Shown in pieces: positions 48,556 through 58,175 of a stretch of DNA of 64,000 nucleotides. Position 1 is the stretch's first letter. Every line of letters begins with the position of its first letter. The position numbers and the translations under genes are program-made. Source of the stretch: Leptolyngbyaceae cyanobacterium (GTDB lineage: Bacteria > Cyanobacteriota > Cyanobacteriia > Phormidesmidales > Phormidesmidaceae); assembly GCA_965263355.1 (NCBI GenBank), contig CBDHHL010000056.1:1824001-1888000 (forward strand). Reading direction: 5' to 3'. The notes beneath the pieces were generated by a model, which worked only from the letters and a program-made list of their open reading frames with translations, searched no databases and had not been told where the DNA came from.

Positions 48556-50271
48556 ATGCTAACCTCTCTGAAAATTGACAATTTCACCCTGATTGATCAG
48601 TTAGAGTTATTCCTACAGCCTGGTTTGAATGTTCTCACTGGGGAAACAGGGGCAGGTAAGTCTATCATTCTGGATGCTATCGATACAGTCTTAGGGGGAA
48701 AAGCAAGCGGGCGGTTAGTACGCACAGGCGAAAAAAAAGCCCTGATTGAAGCCACATTCCATACCCCTCCCCAAGTTGCTGAGTGGCTGACAGCTAATGA
48801 TATACCAATCAATGGTGATGACTTACGCTGTAGTCGAGAGCTAACCACAGGAAGAGGTAGTGTTCGCAGTCGCAGTCGCCTCAATGATGTTGTCGTTAAA
48901 AAGCAACAGCTAGAAGAATTACGTCGTCTACTCGTAGAAATCACAGCCCAGGGACAAACAGTACAACTAGGCTCCCTGGATGCCCAACGCGATTGGTTGG
49001 ACAGCTTTGCTGGTAGTCAACATTTGCAACAGCGGCAGGCTGTGGCCTTGGCATACACTACTGCTGTTGATGCACAGCAAGCTTTAGATCGTAGACGCCG
49101 GGCTGAACAGCAGCGACAGCAACAGTTAGATCTGTTTGAGTACCACGCCCAAGACCTCAGTGGTGCCAACTTAGAAGACCCCAATGAGCTAGACCGATTA
49201 AAACAAGAGCATCAGCGTCTAAGCCATAGTGTGGAATTACAAAAGCAAAGCTATGAGGCTTACCAAATTCTCTATGAAAGTGATGGTAGTTTCGATAGTT
49301 GTTCTGATTTACTAAGCCGAGTAGAACAGCTTTTAAGTTCGATGCAACGCTTTGATGAGCAAATCACCCCCATGCTCGATCTTGTCAACGATGCCCTAGC
49401 TCAAGTGGAAGAAGCCGGTCGTCAAATCAATACTTACGGCGAAAATCTAGAAACAGATCCAGCTCGTCTAGCCGATGTGGAGGCTCGTATGAGTTACCTC
49501 AAACAACTTTGTCGGAAGTATGGTCGTGATCTACCAGAGCTGATTGAGTACTACCAGGAAATACAATTAGCTTTAGATGCTCTCAATGGTGATGGGCAAT
49601 CCATTGAAGCCCTCGAAGCTGCCCATGGTCAGGCCCAAGCTACGCTAGAGGTCGAATGTGCCAAGTTAACAAAACTCCGAAAAAAAGCTGCTAAGCGCTT
49701 GGAATCACAACTTGTTGAGGAACTCAAACCCTTAGCTATGGAACGGGTGAAATTTAAAGCTGATTTGCGAGCAAGTTCCCCCCAGACCCATGGAGCCGAT
49801 GTGGTTGAATTCCTCTTTAGCCCTAATCCTGGTGAACCCTTAAAGCCTCTCACTGAGACCGCTTCGGGCGGAGAAATGAGTCGGTTCCTATTAGCATTTA
49901 AGGCCTGTTTTACCAAGGTGGACCCCATTGGTACCCTCATTTTTGATGAAATTGATGTAGGTGTATCAGGACGCGTTGCCCAGACCATTGCAGAAAAGCT
50001 GTATCAACTGAGTCAGAATCGTCAGGTACTCTGTGTCACCCACCAGCCATTAGTAGCGGCTATGGCCGATGCTCATTTTCACGTCGATAAACAGATTGTC
50101 ACTAATGGCAAAAAAAAGACCGATGAACGTACTGTCGTTAGAGTTACGGGTCTTGATGCCACTGCCCGCCGCGAAGAACTCGCTCAGCTAGCAGGCGGTC
50201 GCTCTCACCAAGAGGGAATTGCTTTTGCTGAATCGCTTTTGGCTCAAGCAGCTACTATTCGTGAACATTAA
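48556..50271 (+). CDS. recN: DNA repair protein RecN
   Basis: GETGAGKS, ASGGEMSR, FDEIDVGVSG and VTHQP; AGGAGG ribosome-binding site. Confidence 0.96.
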   Translation: MLTSLKIDNFTLIDQLELFLQPGLNVLTGETGAGKSIILDAIDTVLGGKASGRLVRTGEKKALIEATFHTPPQVAEWLTANDIPINGDDLRCSRELTTGRGSVRSRSRLNDVVVKKQQLEELRRLLVEITAQGQTVQLGSLDAQRDWLDSFAGSQHLQQRQAVALAYTTAVDAQQALDRRRRAEQQRQQQLDLFEYHAQDLSGANLEDPNELDRLKQEHQRLSHSVELQKQSYEAYQILYESDGSFDSCSDLLSRVEQLLSSMQRFDEQITPMLDLVNDALAQVEEAGRQINTYGENLETDPARLADVEARMSYLKQLCRKYGRDLPELIEYYQEIQLALDALNGDGQSIEALEAAHGQAQATLEVECAKLTKLRKKAAKRLESQLVEELKPLAMERVKFKADLRASSPQTHGADVVEFLFSPNPGEPLKPLTETASGGEMSRFLLAFKACFTKVDPIGTLIFDEIDVGVSGRVAQTIAEKLYQLSQNRQVLCVTHQPLVAAMADAHFHVDKQIVTNGKKKTDERTVVRVTGLDATARREELAQLAGGRSHQEGIAFAESLLAQAATIREH

Positions 50272-50553
50272 GCCCGCGAACATTATGATGTAATCAGGCC
50301 TATCTCATATGCCCCTAAAGTGAGACGGCTATAGTTTTTAGCTACAGGGATCAGACATTTTTATAAACTTGCGAACGACCTCGGTCGTTCAAATAAAACT
50401 ATATGACCGTATATCGTGTATTTTTGTACTACATGAAGTGCATTTATTGCAAACGATAGCGAGTATTAGACTATACCTCAAACCCTTATCTACTGATAGA
50501 GTCTCAATTATTAGCAGCCTCTAACCAGTATCAGCCACTATTTATTAAAAATT

Positions 50554-52611
50554 GTGATTAATCGCCATTTAGACCTATGGAACATTTACATAGTTCCCAT
50601 AGCTACTATAAGCTCCCTTAATTTCGGGTTCTTAGCAGTAATATTCTTAAGTCAACAGATTTCTTCAGACCATAGGCAACCAGCAATACGTTCCCAATCA
50701 TCCTGCGATCAGGTGTTGTTCAATGCAGGCTCGACAACGACAGATGTGACGATTGACCTTAATGTTGACAGGAGAGCAGCAACGCTCGTTTCAGCCCACT
50801 TACTCAAGCAAAAACCGCAATATAGTTTAAAGTCCATAGGGTTAATCATTAGCCTTTTGCTATCCAGCCTTTTGATTTGTGTCTTACTACTAATAATGTA
50901 TCGATGGCACAGTAACCACACAAAACTCTTGCAAAATAATGAAGAGCGCTATCAAGATTTAGCAAGTCTGGGAGCTGACCTTTTCTGGGAATTGGATAAA
51001 AACTTAGAAATCTCCTACATATATGGTGATTTCCAAGACTTACAAACTAAAGCTTTTAAGCACAAAACTCTTGACCAAGTCTTATCGTCTATCCCTAATT
51101 TGGAGGCTGATTGGGAAGAACTCAATCAACAATTGATGCAACACCAGCCCATTGAAAACTTCCCCCTCCGATTGCAGACATCCAACACTACGCTCCGTAT
51201 CTTTCACTTAAATGCTCGTCCATTGTTTGACAATAGTAATCAATTTCAGGGCTATCGGGGACTACAGAGAGAAATAACAGAAGCATATAAGCTTACGCAA
51301 ACAGTTGCCTATCAAGCAACTTACGATCCGCTCACAGGCTTAATCAACCGCAATGAATTTGAGACCCGATTACGACAGGCTATTAAGCGAGCACGTGACT
51401 TAAATATTCCATCGGTGCTGATTTACCTGGATTTGGACCAGTTTAAGATTGTTAACGATACCGCTGGTCACTTAGTTGGTGATCAACTGCTGGCAGAGCT
51501 GGCTCAACTATTACGGCAAAACGTTCGTAGTTCTGACAACCTAGGCCGACTGGGGGGAGATGAGTTTGGTCTATTGTTGGAGAACTGTTCATTGGAACAA
51601 GGCCAAAAATTTTCTCAGGCCCTGTTAGATAAAATTAAAGCCTATCAGTTTACCTGGCAAGATCGGCACTTTCAGGTAGGTGTGAGTATCGGATTAGTGC
51701 CAATTTTAGGCAATGCTTCTAATGTTATTGAGTTGCTTAGCCGTGCCGATTTGGCTTGCTATAAGGCCAAAGATCTAGGCCGTGGTCGAGTTTATCTAGC
51801 GGCTCCCAATGATACAGAACTTGATCGACAGCATCTTGAATTATTCTATATTGCGAATATTCCCCAAGCTATTACAGAAGATCGGTTCCATTTAATGGAA
51901 CAACCGATTATCTCACTTTTTGAACATGACTATCATCATGTCGAGATTCTATTGCGGTTGACTGATGAATGTGGCCAGGTCGTGTCTCCAAAATTATTTA
52001 TTCCTATGGCAGAGCGCTATGGCATGATCGGTTTGATTGATCGCTGGGTTGTAAAAACAGTGCTAATCAATTACCACCATTACTATCCTGAGGCCACAAC
52101 AATAGTTGCCATCAATCTCTCAGGCAGTAGCTTAAGCGATGAGAATTTTACTGAGTTTGTCATAGATTTATTGCAACAATCGACAATGCCAGCAGATAAA
52201 TTATGTTTTGAAATTACTGAAACAACTACAATTTCTCAGCTCGATCAAGCTTTAGAGTTTATTACTACTCTAAAAAAACTTGGAGTTAGCTTTGCCTTGG
52301 ATGATTTTGGCAGTGGTGTTTCTTCCTTTGGTTATCTGCGTAGGTTACCCGTTGACTATCTCAAGATTGATGGAGATTTGATTCGCAATATTGACCAGGA
52401 AGAATATATTCGCACAATCGTGGATATGATCAATCAAGTCGCTACCATGATGGGCATGAAAACCATCGCTGAATTTGTTGAAAACGATGCAATTTTGGCA
52501 AAATTACGAGAGTTAAATATAGGCTATGGTCAAGGCTACGCTATTGGAAAACCTAGACCATTGCCTTCTACAGGCATGGACAGTACCCTCATTAGGCAGA
52601 TAAGTCCATAG
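50554..52611 (+). CDS. Membrane PAS-GGDEF-EAL c-di-GMP cyclase/phosphodiesterase
   Basis: YDPLTGL, RLGGDEF, EILLR and LDDFGSG; PAS-like DLFWELD. Confidence 0.92.
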   Translation: MINRHLDLWNIYIVPIATISSLNFGFLAVIFLSQQISSDHRQPAIRSQSSCDQVLFNAGSTTTDVTIDLNVDRRAATLVSAHLLKQKPQYSLKSIGLIISLLLSSLLICVLLLIMYRWHSNHTKLLQNNEERYQDLASLGADLFWELDKNLEISYIYGDFQDLQTKAFKHKTLDQVLSSIPNLEADWEELNQQLMQHQPIENFPLRLQTSNTTLRIFHLNARPLFDNSNQFQGYRGLQREITEAYKLTQTVAYQATYDPLTGLINRNEFETRLRQAIKRARDLNIPSVLIYLDLDQFKIVNDTAGHLVGDQLLAELAQLLRQNVRSSDNLGRLGGDEFGLLLENCSLEQGQKFSQALLDKIKAYQFTWQDRHFQVGVSIGLVPILGNASNVIELLSRADLACYKAKDLGRGRVYLAAPNDTELDRQHLELFYIANIPQAITEDRFHLMEQPIISLFEHDYHHVEILLRLTDECGQVVSPKLFIPMAERYGMIGLIDRWVVKTVLINYHHYYPEATTIVAINLSGSSLSDENFTEFVIDLLQQSTMPADKLCFEITETTTISQLDQALEFITTLKKLGVSFALDDFGSGVSSFGYLRRLPVDYLKIDGDLIRNIDQEEYIRTIVDMINQVATMMGMKTIAEFVENDAILAKLRELNIGYGQGYAIGKPRPLPSTGMDSTLIRQISP

Positions 52612-52616
52612 CTCTA

Positions 52617-54467
52617 TTATGCTGCAACTAGGGGTTTTAATTGGGCTAGCATTGCTCGCAATTCTTCGCCTTCAATGACTTCTTCCGTTAGCAGTTGTTG
52701 AGAAATACTTTCTAACAACTCTCGATTATGCCGAAGAATTGCTAATGCCTGGTTATGGGATGCTTCTACTATCCCTTTGACTTCCTCATCAATAGCTCTG
52801 GCTGTTGCTTCACTCATATTGCGACGAGCATTGGGCATGCCACTATCCAAAAATGAGCTTTGCTGACCTTTATCGTAGGCTAACGGCCCTAGCACATCGC
52901 TCATACCGTAAGTAGTTACCATTTGCTCAGCGACTTCTGTTGCCCGCTGTAAATCATTGGCAGCACCCGTCGTAATTGAACCAAAGACGACTTCTTCAGC
53001 AGAACGTCCTCCTAATAGTGTAGCTATCTGCCCTTTTAATTCCTCTTCGCTACGCAGAAAGCGATCTTCGGTCGGTAGCTGCAATGTATAACCCAAAGCG
53101 GCCATCCCCCTGGGCACAATAGAGATTTTTTCTACCTGGCCACTCCCTTCCATGAGAGCGCCCACCATGGCATGGCCGACTTCATGGTAAGCAACAATTT
53201 CCTTTTCTTTGTCGTTAAGCACACGACTCTTTTTTTCGAGACCTGCCACCACACGCTCAATGGCTTCGGCAAAGTCTGCTTGGATAACTGCCTGACGATT
53301 GTTACGGGCGGCTAGCAAGGCAGCTTCATTAACCAGGTTAGCAAGGTCAGCACCAGCAAATCCAGGAGTACGGGTAGCGATCGCAGTCAAGTCCACATTA
53401 TCTCCCAGTTTGACCTCTTGAGCATGAATTTTGAGGATCGCTGCACGGCCTTTAAGATCTGGACGATCAACCAGCACTTGACGATCAAATCGACCGGGAC
53501 GCAACAGAGCCTGGTCTAACGTTTCAGGACGGTTAGTGGCGGCTAAGACAATAATGGTATTATCCCCTGCACTAAAGCCATCCATTTCTGTCAGTAACTG
53601 ATTAAGCGTCTGCTCTCGCTCATCGTTACCGCCATAAAAGCCACCGGAAGCACGGGATTTACCAATGGCGTCAAGCTCATCGATAAAGACAATACAGGGA
53701 GCCTGTTTCTTAGCTTGCTCAAACAGGTCACGTACCCGTGAGGAACCTACACCTACAAATAGCTCAATAAACTCAGAACCAGAGATACTAAAGAAGGGGA
53801 CGCCTGCTTCACCAGCAACAGCCTTAGCCAACAAGGTTTTACCGGTCCCTGGTGGCCCAACTAGCAATACTCCCGTAGGAATCTTGGCTCCAATATCGGT
53901 AAACCGCTTGGGAGTTTTCAAAAAGTCAACGATCTCTACCAGCTCAGTTTTAGCCTCTTCAACACCTGCCACATCCTCAAAGGTAACTTTGGTGGATTCA
54001 TCTTCTACGTAGACTTTGGCCTTACTTTTGCCAATGGAGAGTGCTCCCTGAGGACCACCCCCTCGGGCTAAGAAAAAGCGCCAAACTGCAATAAAGATTA
54101 ACGGTGGAATCACCCAGCTTAATAAACTACCTATCCACTGATTTTGAGCTGGGGGAGTAGCAGCAAACTCCACACCATTGGCTTCTAGAAGATCTGGCAG
54201 TTTTAAGTCAAAAATCGGTGTTGTGGAGTAGACTGCGCCAGGCTCACCCAACTCATTTTTCACTTGGTAGCGGATTTCATTTTGCCCCACAGATGCTTTG
54301 ATCACCTCATGCTCCTGCACCTGGTGGATAAACATGCTGTAAGGGGTTCGTGGGGTGCGCTGAATGGGTAGGAAAATATTTACCGTCAGCAAAATTGCCC
54401 CTAGCAAAAAGAGAAGGTTGCTGATTTGTTGGAAACGTGGCGGTCGTGGATCTTTATTGACTGGCAT
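52617..54467 (-). CDS. ftsH: ATP-dependent zinc metalloprotease FtsH (FtsH4-like)
   Basis: [24 protein letters not shown] and HEVGH. Confidence 0.96.
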   Translation of the reverse strand: MPVNKDPRPPRFQQISNLLFLLGAILLTVNIFLPIQRTPRTPYSMFIHQVQEHEVIKASVGQNEIRYQVKNELGEPGAVYSTTPIFDLKLPDLLEANGVEFAATPPAQNQWIGSLLSWVIPPLIFIAVWRFFLARGGGPQGALSIGKSKAKVYVEDESTKVTFEDVAGVEEAKTELVEIVDFLKTPKRFTDIGAKIPTGVLLVGPPGTGKTLLAKAVAGEAGVPFFSISGSEFIELFVGVGSSRVRDLFEQAKKQAPCIVFIDELDAIGKSRASGGFYGGNDEREQTLNQLLTEMDGFSAGDNTIIVLAATNRPETLDQALLRPGRFDRQVLVDRPDLKGRAAILKIHAQEVKLGDNVDLTAIATRTPGFAGADLANLVNEAALLAARNNRQAVIQADFAEAIERVVAGLEKKSRVLNDKEKEIVAYHEVGHAMVGALMEGSGQVEKISIVPRGMAALGYTLQLPTEDRFLRSEEELKGQIATLLGGRSAEEVVFGSITTGAANDLQRATEVAEQMVTTYGMSDVLGPLAYDKGQQSSFLDSGMPNARRNMSEATARAIDEEVKGIVEASHNQALAILRHNRELLESISQQLLTEEVIEGEELRAMLAQLKPLVAA

Positions 54468-54794
54468 GGGCTGAAGTTCCTTACAGAAATGTCCTTAGCT
54501 TTAGCCTATCAACGTAACTAGAGAAAAAAACTGATTGAAAACCGTACAGTGGCAGTTCGGGTTTTCAACGTTTTTTGTGTACAGCCAGAATAATCTTTCA
54601 GCTTCAAGAAATGCATGGAGCAAGGTAAAAGTAAAGAACATGCAATACATTCCAAGGAAAGTTGATATATTAAATGCTTCCGGTTAGCATCCGATAAATA
54701 TACTGGCGATGCGGAAGCCAGAGGAGCCGAGCACAGGTCAATTTAGGCGTAGAGAGCGGATATACTGCTCCTTCATACTATGAATAAAGCCTAT

Positions 54795-54930
54795 AACAAA
54801 CCACCCCCGGTGCTTTTCGCACCGGGGGTTATTAATATGAAATTCTGTGTGCTAGCTCTCCCTAATGCGGAGTATCCATAAGGAAGTTTCCCTACCGGGC
54901 CTTATGCAGGATTAATGGATTTGAGCTTGA
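54795..54930 (-). ncRNA. Candidate sRNA, possibly PsrR1-like
   Basis: About 130 nt between the amylase stop and the terminator; hairpin CATAAGG-cccggtagggaaactt-CCTTATG; the family call is from memory only. Confidence 0.4.
54803..54829. terminator. Strong, possibly bidirectional terminator hairpin
   Basis: ACCCCCGGTGC-ttttc-GCACCGGGGGT. Confidence 0.85.
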
Positions 54931-54955
54931 TATGGAATACAACACCGTTGCATGC

Positions 54956-56530
54956 TTAAAGCCTGGCCATAATGTGAATAGCAGCTGCTTGCAGTGGTGC
55001 CACTTCAAACCTTGCTTTGCCCTCTACATCCACCATAATCAGTTGCTCACAGCTGGCTAGCGTATCATTAGCTATTGCAACTAATACCTTAGAAGCATCC
55101 TCGGCCAACACATTGCAATAGCTACCAGTCGGTAGCCCCGTCATCAATGTTTCACGCAGGGGATTGCTTTCATTATTAATCACCACAAATCCTCGACTAC
55201 CTCGGGCAAATGCGATTTGGTTATTGCCGTTATCCCACCAATGGTTAACGGTAGAAGTGACTTGGACCACATTGCGAAATTCCACCATATTGGCAATGTC
55301 AGCCCAGCGATGTTCACATATCCAATCATGACCACAACTTACTGGCAATGTTTGCCCCTCATCGTCAGCGGGGGGACCAAACCAATTACCCTGCTCCCGT
55401 GGCCAGTTATAGCTGGACATAATTTTAGGGGTGCCGTACGGCCAAGCCAACATAAACACATTGGCTAGGCGATAACTTGCGCCATTATTTGGTGGTGCGT
55501 AGAAGGTGACAATATTGCGATCACGACTCCGCTGGGTCTTGTGGTTATCCGTAAACACCACCGCCTTATGACTAGGCATCAGCCCCCAAGCTTCACCAAA
55601 CAGCATCAAGTTTTTTAGCGCACCATGGCGCACCTGCTCCCCTAGATTACGACCATAGCGAAACTCAGTGACTGCTCCATGCCCCAAATAATCACTAGCC
55701 TGAATGGTCATGTTACTAGAACTGGCGACTTCCTGATATACAAAGGGACGACCACCAGCACCATGAAACGTAATATTCAAGGGACGTAGACGGCGCAAAA
55801 TCTTGGCCAGATGAGGGGCCGGAATATGTTGAGCGGAGTCAATCCGAAACCCAGCTATACCAAGGGCCAGTAGTTCATTCATGGCAGTTGCAATCGTCGT
55901 CTGCACATTTGCACTACCCGTATTCAAATCCTGTCGCCCATCTGCTTGACAGGTCTGCACCTGCCAGGACTGTTCAACATAGTCATAGGTTTCAATGGAA
56001 CAGGGCTGATTAAAATCAGCTTTGGTGTAAGGCACACCAGGATAGGAAAACTGTGCGGTATCAAAATCGCTCCCCCCAATACCCTGACCAGCCCCCTCAC
56101 TGGCCATATGGTTGATAACCACATCGGCATAGACTTTGACGCCAGCATTTTGGCAGCGGCTGATCATATCCGCCAAGTCTGCTCGATTACCACTGCGGCT
56201 CGATAGCTTGTAGCTAACTGGCTGATAGCGCTGATACCAGGGAAAAACAACTGTATCCTGAGCAATTATCCGATGCTCATGGGGTGGCGAAATTTGCACA
56301 GCCCCATATCCCTTTGGACCTAGCCAAGTCTCACACTCTTGGGCAATATCTGTCCAAGGCCATTCAAATAACTGCACAATCACAGAATGGGAGCTGGCTG
56401 CTTGCCGTCCACCAGTGGGTGGAGGTAGCTGAGCGGCTACGTGACACCCTCCCATCCCCAGGGTGCAGGCTACAGCTAACAATCGCCTGACAGATGACGC
56501 CAGTCGTCCTAAAGTTACCAGGGAGCCCAC
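54956..56530 (-). CDS. GH13 alpha-amylase-like lipoprotein with Amy_C domain; third catalytic Asp replaced by Lys
   Basis: VQLFEW, WYQRYQPVSY, DVVINHM, GFRIDS, YQEV, FTDNHK, WICEHRW and QIAFARG. Confidence 0.9.
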   Translation of the reverse strand: MGSLVTLGRLASSVRRLLAVACTLGMGGCHVAAQLPPPTGGRQAASSHSVIVQLFEWPWTDIAQECETWLGPKGYGAVQISPPHEHRIIAQDTVVFPWYQRYQPVSYKLSSRSGNRADLADMISRCQNAGVKVYADVVINHMASEGAGQGIGGSDFDTAQFSYPGVPYTKADFNQPCSIETYDYVEQSWQVQTCQADGRQDLNTGSANVQTTIATAMNELLALGIAGFRIDSAQHIPAPHLAKILRRLRPLNITFHGAGGRPFVYQEVASSSNMTIQASDYLGHGAVTEFRYGRNLGEQVRHGALKNLMLFGEAWGLMPSHKAVVFTDNHKTQRSRDRNIVTFYAPPNNGASYRLANVFMLAWPYGTPKIMSSYNWPREQGNWFGPPADDEGQTLPVSCGHDWICEHRWADIANMVEFRNVVQVTSTVNHWWDNGNNQIAFARGSRGFVVINNESNPLRETLMTGLPTGSYCNVLAEDASKVLVAIANDTLASCEQLIMVDVEGKARFEVAPLQAAAIHIMARL

Positions 56531-56913
56531 TGAACTTCACTACCTGCGATCGCAGGGAAACTCATTGTTTCAATAGGCAAAGCACACATCCTATAGCCTC
56601 AATATATATTTAACGTTGGCCCCGTATTATCTAACACCAGTACTCAGGTAGCCAAGTATTATTTTTTACACAGAAGTGCTCCATCTCCAGCAGTTTTTGA
56701 AATTTTTTTTAACCTTTCACCCTAAGGTACCTAATACAAAAACCTGCTTCCAGAGGGGGAATACCCCTAAAAACAGGCTTGATTAGTTTAGATTCAATGA
56801 ATCCTAAGCTGAGGTTATGGCAAGGACAAGCTTAGGACTTCGGTTTCGAACAGTGATGAGTGGTATATCACTTTCTGATTGGTCAATTCTGATTGGTCAA
56901 TTCGGAACCAAAG

Positions 56914-57246
56914 CTACCAGCCCTTATCAGCCTGAGCTAGTACATACGCTGCTACATTTTCAATTTGCTCAGGTGTTAAACGACCACGAAAAGGAGGCAT
57001 CGCACCATTCCCCTTGGTTACCTGAGTAACAATAGCCTCCAGCGTATCCTTACCATACTTTTCTAGATCAGGCTTCTTTAAGGTCTTCTGCTGGTTAACT
57101 GCATTGCCGCCGCCAATGTGGCAAGCTGCACAGTTGGTGGTAAACACTGTTGCACCAGCAGTAGCATCAGCTGCCATAGCAGGAGATGCATTGAGAAAAA
57201 TCGCCCCTGCTACCAATGCAATCACAGCAGTCAAAATAGATTTCAT
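56914..57246 (-). CDS. petJ: Cytochrome c6
   Basis: Signal peptide; CAACH heme motif; GAMPPF. Confidence 0.95.
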   Translation of the reverse strand: MKSILTAVIALVAGAIFLNASPAMAADATAGATVFTTNCAACHIGGGNAVNQQKTLKKPDLEKYGKDTLEAIVTQVTKGNGAMPPFRGRLTPEQIENVAAYVLAQADKGW

Positions 57247-57337
57247 AAGATTCTCCTCTCAAAAAACACAAACTTGTATCTAATTGACTCGACAACCAGT
57301 ATTCAAGTCTAGTCAAGGAATCAGGATGATTGATAGC

Positions 57338-57366
57338 TCAGCTGGTGGTCAAATGACAGGCAGTCA
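57338..57366. promoter_or_regulatory. Putative PetR (copper switch) binding site(s)
   Basis: Palindrome TGAC-AGGCA-GTCA at 57354-57366 with an imperfect copy about 16 nt away; lies between petJ and petE. Confidence 0.5.
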
Positions 57367-57671
57367 AATCATAAACAATTGTGAAGCAACCTTTCCTGAT
57401 AGGGTTGCTCCAGATTGCCAGCCGCAAGCTGGGAGTAAACGAGTCTTGAAATTACCGTTTGCCCCTTGATTCGCAATCGTTTTCATAGCAATAGAACATG
57501 GTTGATAAACCGCCACGTATTTCTTCAGAGCGACTACTTGCCGTTATTGATACATAAAGGCATGGTTTTCATGGCTCTGATGGCACAAGGCATTCTAAAA
57601 TAATGTATAGATGAAGCAAATTTGGGACTATCCTGAGTAATTCATCCAAATTCAACCTTGAGAGAACCACC

Positions 57672-58076
57672 ATGACCTTTATCAACCGTGCTTTGCGAGC
57701 CATTGGTGCTTTGCTAATTACTGCTGCTTTAGTTTTTGTGTCAACTGCTGTTAGTGCTGCTCCTGCTTACGCTGCTGACTACTCCGTCAAGATGGGTTCC
57801 GATGCTGGCTTGCTCCAGTTTGAGCCCGCAAACCTAGAAATTAGCGCTGGTGACACTGTCACTTGGATCAATAACAAGATGGCCCCCCATAATGTTGTTT
57901 TTGATCCCGCTGGTACTCCTGGTGGTAAGACTGTTGCTGACAAGCTGACTCATACTCAGTTAACATTTGCTCCTGGTGAAAGCTATTCTTCCACTTTCGC
58001 TGAGCCCGGTACTTACAGCTATTTCTGTGCACCTCACCGTGGTGCTGGTATGGTTGGCAAGATCGTTGTTAAATAG
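57672..58076 (+). CDS. petE: Plastocyanin
   Basis: PHNVVF and CAPHRGAGM copper ligands. Confidence 0.97.
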   Translation: MTFINRALRAIGALLITAALVFVSTAVSAAPAYAADYSVKMGSDAGLLQFEPANLEISAGDTVTWINNKMAPHNVVFDPAGTPGGKTVADKLTHTQLTFAPGESYSSTFAEPGTYSYFCAPHRGAGMVGKIVVK

Positions 58077-58135
58077 CTTTATTTACTAAGCTACTAGTGT
58101 TTTAGGCTAGTTGCTTTAATTTGAGCATCATTATC

Positions 58136-58170
58136 AAAAGGAGTTGGTTCGCACTGAACCAGCTCTTTTT
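58136..58170. terminator. Bidirectional terminator after petE
   Basis: AAAAGGAGTTGGTTC-gcact-GAACCAGCTCTTTTT. Confidence 0.8.
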
Positions 58171-58175
58171 AATGT

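Noticed and set aside
54937..54953. RpaB HLR1 site upstream of the sRNA candidate
   Set aside because: ATACAAC-ACC-GTTGCAT is an imperfect palindrome with the wrong spacing for HLR1
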